Shown here piece by piece: positions 25,201 to 37,822 of a stretch of DNA of 64,000 nt (the stretch's first letter is position 1; the number at the start of each line of letters is the position of its first letter). The translations under genes were made by a program, and so were the position numbers. Under the pieces are notes generated by a model. That model did no database searches. It was given only the letters and a program-made list of their open reading frames with translations, and was not told where the DNA came from. Origin of the DNA: Tubiluchus corallicola (Eukaryota; Animalia; Priapulida); contig JAQGDQ010000096.1 of NCBI GenBank assembly GCA_030141605.1, positions 434,001 to 498,000 on the forward strand, read 5' to 3'.

Positions 25201-28200
25201 GTAAGTTGCAAAAGTTTGAGTTGGCATATGCAGCACAATGAGCTGACATCAGACACGAATTCCACCAGATACGTCATAATTTTCAAGTGAATGACGGCTA
25301 TCATAGCACCTGAAAATTTCTACACAGCGGTAGTATAAATTAGATTTATGCTTTACAGGCAGACTTTTGCAAATTTCTTTGTTATTATTATTATATTATT
25401 ATTATTTATTATTTGTTATATAAAGTGCTTCTTATATGAAAAAAATGTACATCATTCTTACTCCTGAATATGCCAGTTCAAACCAACTACACAAAGTCCA
25501 AAGCTATACCTGTGCCGAAGAAAATGCACTATGAGATCATTTCCTCTGTTACATCTCAATGAGTCAGGTTGATTCGGCTCTGCCGTTGTGACCATCTCAT
25601 CCTTGAGTCGACGAACTATGCTAATTGGTCCTTGATAACTGCAAAATCAAAAATTGGACTGTAGCAATGAACTATCAGTTACTTTCTCTCAAATTTCTAT
25701 TGCACAAAATGTAAACATGTCAACAAAATGGAGTGAGGGAATAGCCAAGCGACTTGGCTGTAAGGTTAAACAAAATCAGGCCTGCTGTGCAAATAGACAA
25801 GTGACCAGTGGACGAACTGCTTGGAAGAACCGCTTCTGGGCAGTTTCAGGTGTAATGTTGATACTGGCTATTTCTCTCTTTTAGGCAGAATATAGTATTT
25901 GCAATGTATATTATACAAATCATGCTGTATATAGAAATAAGAATACATTGGTCAGATCACTGCTACTGCTGCTGCTCTGCTGCTGCTACCACCACTACCA
26001 CTACTACTACTATTCTGCAATAGTTGTATGATTCATCCTTACAGTTTATTTTTAATTTAAGTGTTAAACTTAACAAAAAAGTCTTCTTTCTATAATTTAT
26101 AGTGACTGGCTCTGCTACGTGACACAATAGTAGTTCTCCTGTGAACTAGAATAAACTTAAGATATTCACTCTTGCTATTTGTTAGTCTACTGCAACAGTT
26201 ATTGTCATTTTCAAATGCCCATTTATGAACTTTCACTAATCAATAATCTAGCTTAGTACGGCAAACCTAGGCCAAAGTAAGGATCAAATTTTTAATGAGG
26301 CAAATAATTGGAAAGTATGTCTACAGCTTAGGCACTGTAGTTAAACGTAGATGTAGACCCGCCCTTAACTACCCTAGGCAGTGTAAAAGAGAAACAGAAA
26401 CATAGCATGCAGTTTTTAATTGAAAAACCAGTACAAAACATAGTACAGAATATAGTAAAAATGCTGTACAAAAAAGTACAATACAATTCTCTTATGCTCA
26501 GAGGCATCAAAACGTTTGATAATATTGTCTCGGTTCACATCAAGATCTCGATGAACATGTAATAAAGTCAGGCCATCCAGCTGATTTTGCAAAGGTGAGT
26601 TCCTGAGCCAAGTCCTGTGGCATCTTACCTTCATTGTAAAACTCCATTCATTCGTAAATCTAACGCATAGCCCAATACAGAAATTGTAACCGTTTGATAG
26701 TCTTCGGTTATTGATCAGATGATACAGTCAACTCATATGTGATAGATGATCAGCCAAATAATCCAGGAAAACAGTAACGGTAACGTATAGTCGAAAAAGT
26801 ACAGGACAAGTAAAAGGCTCAGCTTACTTACAGCCTAATCTAAACAATAGGTCAGTCCCATTACAATATGCTGGAATTACTGATCACATGGCATGGGACA
26901 AAAACTTGTAAATTCAATAGTTAGATGATTTTAAAAAAAATAGACAGGAAAATTGACCGAGATAAGTGCTTCAGTTACCTCAATGTAGCTATGGCCTAGC
27001 AAATAACAATGCGTTATTACACATTGTATCGGCATGTTATGCAAACGAACACTTTTATGATTGTAATTAACACAAGTATACTCTTAAGTAAATTTTATTT
27101 CAGCATCTTGTTTGATTTTCCTAACTAAATGTTTATAAATTGAGAAATGAATTCAGCATTAAATTGCACTTTCACTGTAATTAGCAGGGAAAAACAAACC
27201 AACCTGTCTAGTAATTCTGCAATATTTAAGTCCATATGATCTTTCACAGCTCTCTTCACTACTGGGCCTGAAAGAATCACCAAAGCTTAATGCATCAACA
27301 AAGAGTAAAAACCAACTTTAGAAAAAAGAACACAAAACCCACATCCAAGAAAATTTATGCAGTATGAATTTGCAAGTCTCCTAAGAAATTATCCAACTTT
27401 GCCAATTTTCTGAAATTGACATTATGGAAAAGATATGTAATGGAATGTCACCGAGTATCAGTAATGTATCAGTCAAACCGGTGTCACAAGTATTATCTTC
27501 TAATGGCATAAAAAGATTTTCGTCTTACGAAACGTGAAAAAACATATTTTATATCATTAAGATCATACATTTCTTTCAAGATGGAAGATCTAACTGAGTG
27601 AAATTGAGGTTTTCTTGGTGAGTGAACTTAAGAACGGTATGGAATCGGTGAAAAAAGACATGAACATGGCCAATGTACCTCAGTCGTTTCAGTGACACAT
27701 CTTAGAAGTATAGCCTTGATAATGAGCTAAGTTTCAGTTCTGCCACAACCTATGTTAAGTAGCCTTTGCAGCTGAGGGCTGGAGTTGGCTTCAAGAAGGC
27801 CGAATTGCATGAAATTATACTGATTTAATATTTATTGTGAGTTCATGAAAAGACACCATTTAATACGTTATATGCAGGTAATTGAGAAGGTAATTGAAAA
27901 TAAAGAAAATGTGTTCACTCGCCTATACTTCCGGGCATGCGAGCCACCGATAATGGAACTAAATCATCAAACGTAGCATCTAGCACCTGCAAACAACAAA
28001 CAATTTCAGTTTATTCATCCAAACAGCTGAACAACATTTAAAAGAAATGCAATTCTTTATAAATCATCCTTGCTTAGCAGTATGTGAATATGGAAATTAA
28101 AATTATAAATAATAAATTACTATGTTAGAATTCGAATTGGATCTCTTACCAGTCCCTTAATATCTGGATAATTTACAGCAGCTAAAACGGCTGAGTAGCC

Positions 28201-31200
28201 TCCTATAGACCAGGAAAATATAATTATGTTTTCCAGCTTGAATCCCAGCCGGTGGATTGCGTATTGCATGACAATATCGATGGCGCTGGCTTCTTGGTCT
28301 GGAAGTGGCGTACCCTGAAAAGAAAACACTTCACAGTCAGAAATGATCATTTGCAGGCATGTCAAAATGACAATTGAAATTGGACTTTATTGATTAGTAA
28401 GCCATTTATGCATTTTTGGATCTCATGGTCAGATGGTATTCTTCCTTGCTACATATTTAACTCCTTCAGGACCAAAAGGGTTTGCTGCATTTTGCATGGT
28501 TCATAAAAACGTTCGCAAGCAAGCAATCAATAAAATAGTGTGCACGTTCACACAAGTGTACACCACACTAAGCTATTTAATAGGCTAAGATGGAGCGCCT
28601 GAAAAAGGTGTGTTTTTCTTAATTTTATGCGATTAAATTACTTATAAATGTTTAAACAAATAGCACGAAAGCTGGGATTATCCTGAATAGAACAGTACCT
28701 AATTTCTAATCATTTAGTTATGTCTCTGCTCATACAGTAGCAGAAAAGTCATAGATCTTATAACAAAATATGACTTTTTTCCATAGGTCTTATAAGACCT
28801 ATTTTGAATGGTGCGGTCCTGAAAGAGTTAAACAGACTGTACACTAGTGATAGAACATCAAAAACGGATTTGAAACATTCGATAATTAATTGGTTTTCGG
28901 ACCATTTTCTACTATGTTACAAGAAGGGAGTAACATGGGAAAACTTTGGTATCTAAGCCACAATACTAGCACTCAAAGTAACTGCAAAAAGGGGGTGACA
29001 TACTATTTAATTTTTGAGAAATTTCCAAAAAAATACATTGAAAATGGTAATACAACACATTTGCTTAACAGCTGAAAAAATAATCGATCGTCAGAAGAAA
29101 AAGTGGTGTCAATGTACACACACCGTGCTTCCCCAGAATCCTGGATGATTCCATCCAAGAACGGAGTATCCAGCTTCCAGAGGAGTTGCCATGCATCCGA
29201 TCTCGTAGAATCCAGCATTTCCTTCACAAGTTATCACCTAAAGGTTAAGACAAAAACATGCATTAATTTTTCTAACTCACACATTAGGGATGTTGATGAT
29301 ATCGATAATTATCGATAATTGTATTGACACAAAAAATCTGTTGTATAATCTTTATCGTATAAATGTTGTTCCAAGAATATTGTTATCGTGTCGAATTTGG
29401 CATGTAGCGTTGCTTATTGCTTACCGTTATAAATCGCTTCACTTTTCTTTTCTACTTATTTACAGTAATTACACAAAGAAGAGGATAAAAAGAATTATTT
29501 AAAGTTACAAGGTTGTCAGACGCCGAATAACTTTCTTGTTCTTTCGCTTGGCAATAATGGTTATCTTCATTCTGAATCATACTGACAAAGTATAGAGACC
29601 CCTCTATACACTTTGATACTGACACACAAATGTCAAATGTCAAAAATACAAATATTTTTAGTGTCATTTTCCCGGTCATGTACAGCTCGCATAGATAAAT
29701 ATTTTTATTGCAGTAATATGTTTATCTGTCGCTGCTTACTTATTTATGAATCATTATGACAAACAAACTTGTGTTTCATAACTAGCAATTATTTAAGCAT
29801 ACATCTCAGAACACTCAATTTTAATCATTAATGATACTCTTTCTGTTGTTGCACAAATGTCTAACTTGTTTTTTTATCGTTCAAAACAATTTATCCTAGT
29901 GCACTGTCTAAAAAACAGTTTATAGTTATCGTATCGTTGGAAAAAGGTATCATATTGTATCGTGTCACCAAATTTGTGTCGTTTAACATACCTATCGTAC
30001 ATTAATAACAATTCTGCTTAGTGTAAATTTTATTACAGCAAATCATTTACAAAATGAAAGTACAAATTTGTGTTGCTTATCTGTTGTGAAGACGTTAAAA
30101 GCACGTGACTGAAATCCTTGTTATCCCAATGTACATTATGTACAACATCATTTAGAAGACAAATGCATATTGCATACCATCGGCATTGTCTTAAAACAAA
30201 TACAAACTTGCCAAATGTTACTCTAGAGGAATATCCTATTCCTTTGCCATCAATTATCAAACAAATGTTTAGCTTATTAAACAATGAGCTACATTACAAT
30301 TCTGTCATAACAACAATGGCTGTTTTAACTTAAAATACGTTGAATGCCTTTATAGTCTCAAAATAATTATTTTTATTTCATTCAGAAGCTTTTGCCCTAG
30401 CTGGCTTCATCAGATGAAAACATTACAGATAAAATGTTAAAAAGAGTATTTACCAGTGTGAGGTAAAGATATTAAAAGCAAAAATAGAATCTCGTTGATT
30501 TAGGATACAATAAGTTAAAGAAAGAGCAAAAAAATGATTGCATAGGGAAAAACAAGCACTATACAATTGTTCTTGTCAAAATAAAAGCTTAACTAAAGAA
30601 AGAAAATGTTTTTAGCACTTTATCTATAATTTTTTCAGCTGATGATGCCCGCTAGGGTGAGAGCTTTTGAAAAAATAAAAAGATTTATTTTGAGACTACA
30701 AGGGCATCATTGTTTTCTTATATTAAAATGGCATTTCTCAGGAGACCTGTTTCATATAACAAAGGCCTCTTAATGAGTACTAGATAACAGCATTCAAAGT
30801 GCCAGACTGTATAATAAAATTACAAGCTAAAAGCTCATTTACCAGAAATTTGCCGTTAGCATACTCGTCATCATTTCTACGATCGACGAACATAGTATCG
30901 ATCTCGTTTCCTCTTGTGCACTGTAACTTAGTGCGAATGCCATTATATTGTTCGACAAGTTTGGCTCTACCCTGCTCAAGTGCGCCACCTGGAAAGAACG
31001 TCATTACATAAAAACCTTGCATTAGTTCCTGTAATGAAACTCCCATTGCTTAGTGTGAAGCTCATTGACTTCATTGCTCATTGACTTCATGATATCAGAG
31101 ATTCATGACCAGAAAACCAGCTTCATAAACAGCTTTGGAAAACAACCTCATTAGTAAGATTACTCACAAATGAATGTGATTTATTTTTACAACAAGTAAT

Positions 31201-34200
31201 GATTTGTGCAATGACAGTTCTTTGTCTTTAAATAAGTGTGTTAACCTTGCCTCTGTTTCTTGACAGACATTAATTAAACTGCTAACATTTGCTAGTCAGT
31301 GCTGGATTTTAAAATGCTCTTAGAAACATGAACAAAAAATCCTGATGATTACATGTAAGTAGCATAACATTTTAAAGTAGTTTTCGCATTTGAAAATTCA
31401 TTGACTCTTGTTTTGTAAATTAATACAAGGACATCATTAACACAGCATACCAATAGCAGCCTGGAGTAAATGCACAGCACCTGGGTAGACTAGCCGACGT
31501 CCGAATGTATGCATGGATACATACCTACAACACAAGATGACTTCTAATGAACATACTATAATTTACAAGTGCATTGCACCTGCGTTCAGTGAATCACATT
31601 TAAAATGCTTACAAACATGACCGTAACTAAGGTAAGATTACTGCCTTATTCAACCTGCTTGACATTCTCAGAAAAAATTACTAATTAATCACTTTTACAA
31701 AATGGGATCAAGGCAAAATCAGATATCTACTGAATAAATAAAACAATAATCCATATACTACTCCACCGACTTTAATAATATAACATAAGCTCGAAGTTCA
31801 AAAAACTGTCTGCTTATGCAGTATGTAAGACTATAACCAATGTTAATATAAAATATGAGTAAGTAGGACATAATTGCATATTAGGACTTACCCCAAAAAA
31901 CGGACTGGAATACTTGTAACAGCGTCATAGAAACCAGAGCTTTGTGCTGTTGTATTTTTCTGTTTTAGCAATATCCTAGGTTTGCTTTCGTCCCTAAAAA
32001 AAGAATGCCTTGATGGTTTACACAACTAATTTATGAAATTTTATAGCACTTTTCTTCCTGGCATGATGGGAGGCAACAGTCATTAGAAAAAAAACACGCA
32101 GACTTCCACTCTACACTTTACTGCAGTTTCTGCCCTTCCTCGTAGCTTAGGTAACAACTTTTAAGATGCTCTTTGAAATTTGAATTTGATCGTAATCGGT
32201 ATCATACATATATCTTATGCACGTACGCTTAGTATAAAGAAACTTTGATGACTATGTGATTTCCATATATCTTTCGCACCATTATTTAGTATGCATGGAA
32301 TATGATTTTGGTGGCACTATTACATGAAATAAAACAGCAAACATTGTGCATTTAAAATAGATGACATTGTTTGACATTTTTTAAAGTTTTGTGTGCGCAT
32401 GTGCATTTTCTGAGGCCAGTAATTATTAGAAAGTTTGGAACTGATGCATTTAACATACATATATATATATATGTGTATGTATATATATGTATATATATGT
32501 GTATGTATAATATATAATATATTATATATATATTAATTATGTTGATATATATATTAATTATGTTGATCTAATTGAACTATCATAGAATGTTTTCATTTAC
32601 AAGATTCACTCAGAAATGGTATTAGACTATATCTAAGAAAAATAGCAGAAAGTGATGATAACTTCAAAAAATATTTCATGTTTGTCCAAACAAATTCACA
32701 AAAATTTCAAGATTGACCTGATCTAATAATCTGGAGTCATGATTTGTCCACAAGTATGTTTTATGAGCTGTCGGTGTACACCGACAAATACCACTTCATT
32801 TTAAAATTGAACTAATTGTACATAAGTTCGATAAATTATAATCACGAAAATGCAAATAAGTGATTTGATAGTAAAACTAATACAAATGTAAAAACACACA
32901 AATTAAAGTTTTTACCAAAGTATTCACAAGCCTGCTGTCACCTATGATCAATAATAATAAAGTTTTTTTTAACATTTACCCTTCAACGTCGTTCTGTCTG
33001 AATTCTACTGGCCACTGTTTGAAGTCGAAGTCATACCCTGACAAAACTTTCTGCAAAAAGAAATTAGTTGTTTATTACAACTGTGTCAACATTCTCTTGA
33101 GAATTCAAAACAGTTTGTTGCAAATATGACTAAAGTGCAAAGATTCATTCAGTTATTTTTCACCCCACACACACATTGAATAGTAGAGCCTGCAAGAACT
33201 GACAAAGTGATGACTGCTGTGCCTGTGAATAATTTCCTTTTAACAAGAAATCTACGAGAAAAATGTTTGAAGTTAAACGTTTTTTGAACTTGTAGTTATT
33301 AGCAGATCTTAAACAACTTCTATAGCTACTAAACTGCCTCAGTACATAATGACTACAATGCATAAAATAATTTAAAATTTGAAAAAAATTAAAATTGGTT
33401 CAGTTTTAAAAACCTTTGTTTCAGGATTGAAGTTTGTCTTTGCCGCATTCAAATGTTCGCAGAATACCGTATATTGTTTATTCCTAAGACGACCCAATCC
33501 TAAGAGAAAGAAACAAGGAAACTATCTAAAACTTTGTTAGGTTATGCAAACATTTACAATTGCTAGCATTATCACACTGTTAACTAAATATATTATCAAT
33601 TTTGTAGTCTGATTTATTCTTAACCATTCTGGTAAAAGCATGGATTCAAAAAATATGACACAAATACTTTTACTTCATTTACTATCCCTAAAGGTAGTCC
33701 AAGCACACATCTAATCACCTACCTCGTAAGGAAACTGCACCAACCAGCAGTATAGTTATATAGCCAGCTGCATGTAACAACAAAGATGCGCCATCTCTTC
33801 CAAAATAACCTAAAAATGTATAAGTAGATCTCATACGCACTTCCACAACTACAGTGGCTGTCATATATTAGTTTATTTCAAAAATGAAAAATTTTGATTG
33901 GTATTCAAACCAATCCAAAGCGAATTAGCCCGTATAGCCACAAGGAATTTCATGTGGCTTCAAACCTAGCCATTGTTAATTTGTTATAATATAACAATAT
34001 CTTGAAATTAGATCGACTCTGTTTCTTTGACTAATCAACTTTATGAATGGATGCAAATTTTGCGTTTCCTTTTTCTGACAGAAGTGGGGGAAAGTTAGCT
34101 TTCCTATAACTTTTCACAGATTAATTTAAAAAATTAACTATAAAATCAGTTTTTTCTACATAAATTCATCTACCGGTAGGATTTGCTCTGTCAAATGTGT

Positions 34201-37200
34201 TAGCCAAGTGTGCCAAAAGTTAGTGGCTTGATATTATAAATCACAAAACACGCATTTAACAGTTTAAATAAAGTTTAACTTCTCTTGTGCATGATCTTTT
34301 TAGCTTTAGAAAAATTTCAAAACATAAAATTTGTATAAATCATTAGGAAAATCTTGCCATTCAAAAATAAATTCTTGGTTTTTTTCCTTTTAAAATTTAA
34401 TTGCACAGAATTAAAGATTTGTCCAAAATCAAATTAAAAGAAAGTACACAAGGATTACAGAAGAATTTGTATCACAGAAACATAATGAAATGAACAACAT
34501 TACCTCATTTTTAATTAAACAAATGTTCCACTACAACTGGCAAAGAAATGTCGTATGAACTTGTATAGATATTTTTAACAAAAGTAAAACTATCTTTCAC
34601 ATACCCCTTCTATACAGGACAAGGATAAGGATTGGTGAAGAATAGTAAGAGAGCGAATAGAACAATTTAATCCATCTGATCAACAAGTCAGCATTTCTTT
34701 CCAGGCCATTTGCTTGATACACGTAACCCTAAAAATGTTAATCAATATATTTCCATATTATTTCCATATTAATATTCATCAACCAATCAGTAATTTAGTC
34801 TTGACAGATTAGTTGAGATTTCTAATACAACAGCAACTTAATGCTAATATTGCTAAGTGTTGATGTGAATTCATGGTACTATGAGATGCATTACCTTCAA
34901 CATGCATACAGAAGAGGAAACCGACTTATAACTGATGAATTACATTAACAGTTGCCGTTGTAATTTTGCTGAACATTTTTCTTCCCATTAAACCAATGAA
35001 TGCAAATAAATGCACAAAAGCAATACTAAATTGGAAAGTCTGCAAATTTTTAAGTTATGCCAACCTCCACTGGGACTTCTACTATTTGGGTGGCTAAAAC
35101 TGATTTATTCAGAAATGTATTCATCATGTCTTCGTTAGTTAAACCTACTTAGCCAGAATCGAAATTACACAGCTAAACTTTCTGGACATTGGTCACCTTA
35201 AGCTGTGTAGATTCTGTCAGAGACCTAGGAGTGGAGATCGATGATCAGCTGTATTCAAAGCATGTATACAACATAGCTGCCAAGGCCAGTAAAAAATTTG
35301 AGCTTATCAGACGATCTTTTTCACTGTTAGATAAAAACTTACTACTTCAGCACTATGCATCTATAGTGAAACTATCATTAGAGTACTACCTAGCAGTGTG
35401 GTCACCAAATTACTTACATAGTATCGAGGGCTTTAAACAAGTTAAAAAGAGTTAAAACAAAATACAAAATTTTTTCTTTTGCAGACCAGTTTAGAGTCAT
35501 TTTGCATGGAAAACGATTGTGATCAACAACCAAATTTACCCAGTGTATGACATTATTTTGCTCTTTTGAATTAGTAAAGTTATTGCAAATCTGTTTTACA
35601 TCAGCTTAAATTTCATCACCACAGAGATCATTACCTGATTTTACATTCAGGTTTTTTTCAAAATTCCCCGGTTTTTTAACTTTTTTGAAAGATCTCCAGA
35701 TTTGCTTTTTCCTATGCTTGAGAGGAAGAAGATATCAGTGTACCATAGGTACATAAAGCAATCAAGTGCCTGGAATTTTTTCCTTCACTCCACTATGCAG
35801 TTAATAATTTTATCCCTCTAAGAGGAACCTCTAAGTCTCAGTGTAAAAAGTTATGAGCACCTGGGGAAAATGATAAATGTGTCCGTCAAGCTAAATCTAA
35901 GCAGCTTGAACTTTGGAGGCTGTGGAACCGTACTAATCTGTATAGTGCTCTTGCTTAGTACACCAGACAATCACAGTAGTTAAGATTGTCTATTCGCCAT
36001 GCAAGGATGAGGTACGAAAATAGACTTGCAAGTAGATTGAGCAAAAATGGCAAGAAATTATTCAGGTATAATAAATACTTCTTGAAGCTTTTTAACCATA
36101 TTAGTTGCATAAAAGATTGTAACAATGTTGTTGTTACTTGTCCTGAAAAAGTCGTTTTTACAATAAATGATGCGTTTTCTTCTTTCTTCATCCATGGGTC
36201 TAATGATAATGTCTTACCTATTCCTTCTTCTGGCTGGAATGCTGATTCTCTGAATGACATTAATTTCAGTATTAACAATGTATGCTAAGCCTACTAATTT
36301 ACTACCATTTAAGGCTACAGGGCCCGATGGAGCTCATAGCTCTATTTTGAAATGCTGTGCTCTTCAGCTTGCTCTCTCTTCCTTTTGTTCCGTAAATCTC
36401 TTGATTCTGGAGTCCTCCCCCAATGTTGGCTTAACTGTAATGTTAACCCCATCCCTAAACACTCAAATGCATGTCCTTCGCGTGATGATCTTCACCCCAT
36501 ATCTTTGTCATCAGTCGTTATACATGCTCTGAAGCCGTGTTCTGGAATGAGATTCTAGCTTTTCTTATTCAAACTGAACAAATATATAAGTCTCAACATG
36601 GTTCTCTTCGTCTATGTTCAATTGTGTCTAATTTATTGTCGTGTTTAAATCAGTGGAGTAGCTTCTTCGATGGTCCTACTTTGCTTGGTATAGATGTACT
36701 TTATCTTGATTTCAAAAAGACCTTTGATTCTGTCCCCACCAATGTCTCTTACTTAAGATGGAATATTCTGGTATAAGAGGTAAGCTTTTTTTAAGTGGCT
36801 CAGTTACTTCCTTACTCATCATTTCCAATGATTTAACCACTGAATGGTGCACTGTTATAAGTGGTATCCCTCAAGGAACCTTGAGTGGCCCATACTGCTT
36901 CCTTATTTTTATTAATGATATTACCAATTGTATTTCCCATGGGACTAGCATCCCATTATTTGTTGATGATCTAAACCCCTTTTTTCCAGACCTCACACAG
37001 TTCTTTGTGTTCATGAGTCCAAGTTATTTGTGCAACTAGATGGACTCAACATCAGATCACACTTCTTTGGGCATTGTGTAGTTCAGCCATAGAATCATCT
37101 TTCATCGTTGACCATCAGTGCTTCATCAGCTGACAGTTTCAAAAGGCGTGTGAGTAAGGACCGTTTACAGATAGTTACCATCTAGCTCCTTATTTCTTTG

Positions 37201-37452
37201 GAGAAGGTATTCTTGGATAAAGGATGATAAATTGATATGTTATGTAACATGCACGACTTTGAAACTGATTCGAGTTTAATTGACAAAACTCAGCAAATTG
37301 ACATTTATTAAATAAACGTTTTTTTTACAAAATAATTACTGCTTAGTTATTAAGTTAATGATTTCAAAATTAAAGCCTACAGTAGTTGAGTTTGGCGTTT
37401 TATAAATCCTATAGAGCCTTGGGCCAAACACACACTGCATCCAAGAAACCAT
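22234..37452 (-). CDS. ABHD16A: Phosphatidylserine lipase ABHD16A (BAT5), 16 exons, ~544 aa
   Basis: Exons 37381-37452, 34605-34728, 33723-33809, 33414-33499, 32980-33050, 31892-31993, 31451-31524, 30843-30988, 29124-29237, 28150-28314, 27923-27986, 27204-27267, 25510-25638, 23896-23972, 23063-23208, 22234-22347. Motifs CVFGPRLYRIY, GNEIDTMFVDRR, CEGNAGFYEIG, WNHPGF, nucleophile WSIGG, LDATFDDL, STHCTPLP. Confidence 0.95.
22545..22800. mobile_element. Divergent (head-to-head) pair of tRNA-like heads forming an inverted repeat
   Basis: Plus arm gagatacagtggccgactggtctaaggtgtctgccttgtaagtagaaggtccatggttcatatcc; minus arm (rev-comp) gagatacagtggtcgagtagtttaaggcttctgccttgtaagcggaaagtacgtggttcaaatct; ~80-bp spacer. 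Confidence 0.7.
25020..25169. mobile_element. Palindromic element with a degenerate minimal hammerhead motif in the loop (Penelope-like remnant)
   Basis: ~50-bp inverted arms; minus-strand loop reads CTCATGA-T-GACAG-cagtagt-CTGTC-GAAACGTT (one mismatch to CTGATGA). Confidence 0.55.
28461..28827. mobile_element. piggyBac-like MITE
   Basis: TTAA|CTCCTTCAGGACC ... GGTCCTGAAAGAG|TTAA: 13-bp TIR with one mismatch and TTAA flanks. Confidence 0.75.
29285..29994. mobile_element. hAT-like MITE
   Basis: Termini TAGGGATGTT...AACATACCTA, subterminal (T)ATCG repeats at both ends, imperfect 8-bp TSD tcacacat/tcgtacat. Confidence 0.7.
30320..30732. mobile_element. Inverted-repeat element with a degenerate hammerhead-ribozyme core in each arm (Penelope-like)
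   Basis: Arms ~90 bp. Right arm CTGATGA-T-GCCC-gcta-GGGT-GAGAGC at 30639; left arm (rev-comp, starting at 30413) CTGATGA-A-GCC-agctag-GGC-AAAAGC; both followed by ttattttgagacta(c/t)aa(a/g)ggcat. Confidence 0.65.
35189..36980 (+). mobile_element. Decayed CR1/L2-group LINE reverse transcriptase fragments in ABHD16A intron 1
   Basis: KATGPDG, PISLSSVV, QHG, DVLYLDFKKTFDSVP, SGIPQGTLSGPYCFLIFINDI, LFVDDL (35940-36980) and VRDLGVEID...LIRRSF...LEYYLAVWSP (35189-35455), with frameshifts. Confidence 0.85.
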
Positions 37453-37822
37453 GATGTTTATTTTTACCTCCTGAAATAATATCCAGAAACATCAAAATTC
37501 CCAAAACAATTTACTAATATTATTGTAAACAACAAACTCCCACGTGAAAAATGAAAAATTAATTTTGAGATCTAAAACATAAAGAGTCCACTATTTACTT
37601 TTTGTTTAAAAAGGAAAAAATAATTTCGTGACAACATCGCACTTTACGATAGGTCGGCTAGGTTTGTTTTGCATTACACGATTTTGTGCAACTGGTAAGT
37701 AACAGAAATAATATTCTTTAATTATTATTCTCTTGCAGTATACTGAATAATTATTATTAAGATCATACTAGTGTTTGCATTTTATTTTACTTTTCGGGAT
37801 AGTTGGTTTGCCGCTTGCTATT
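37453..37822. promoter_or_regulatory. Putative bidirectional promoter ABHD16A/EDF1
   Basis: Divergent ATGs only 370 bp apart; local CpG enrichment at 37620-37680; CACGTG at 37541. Confidence 0.6.
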
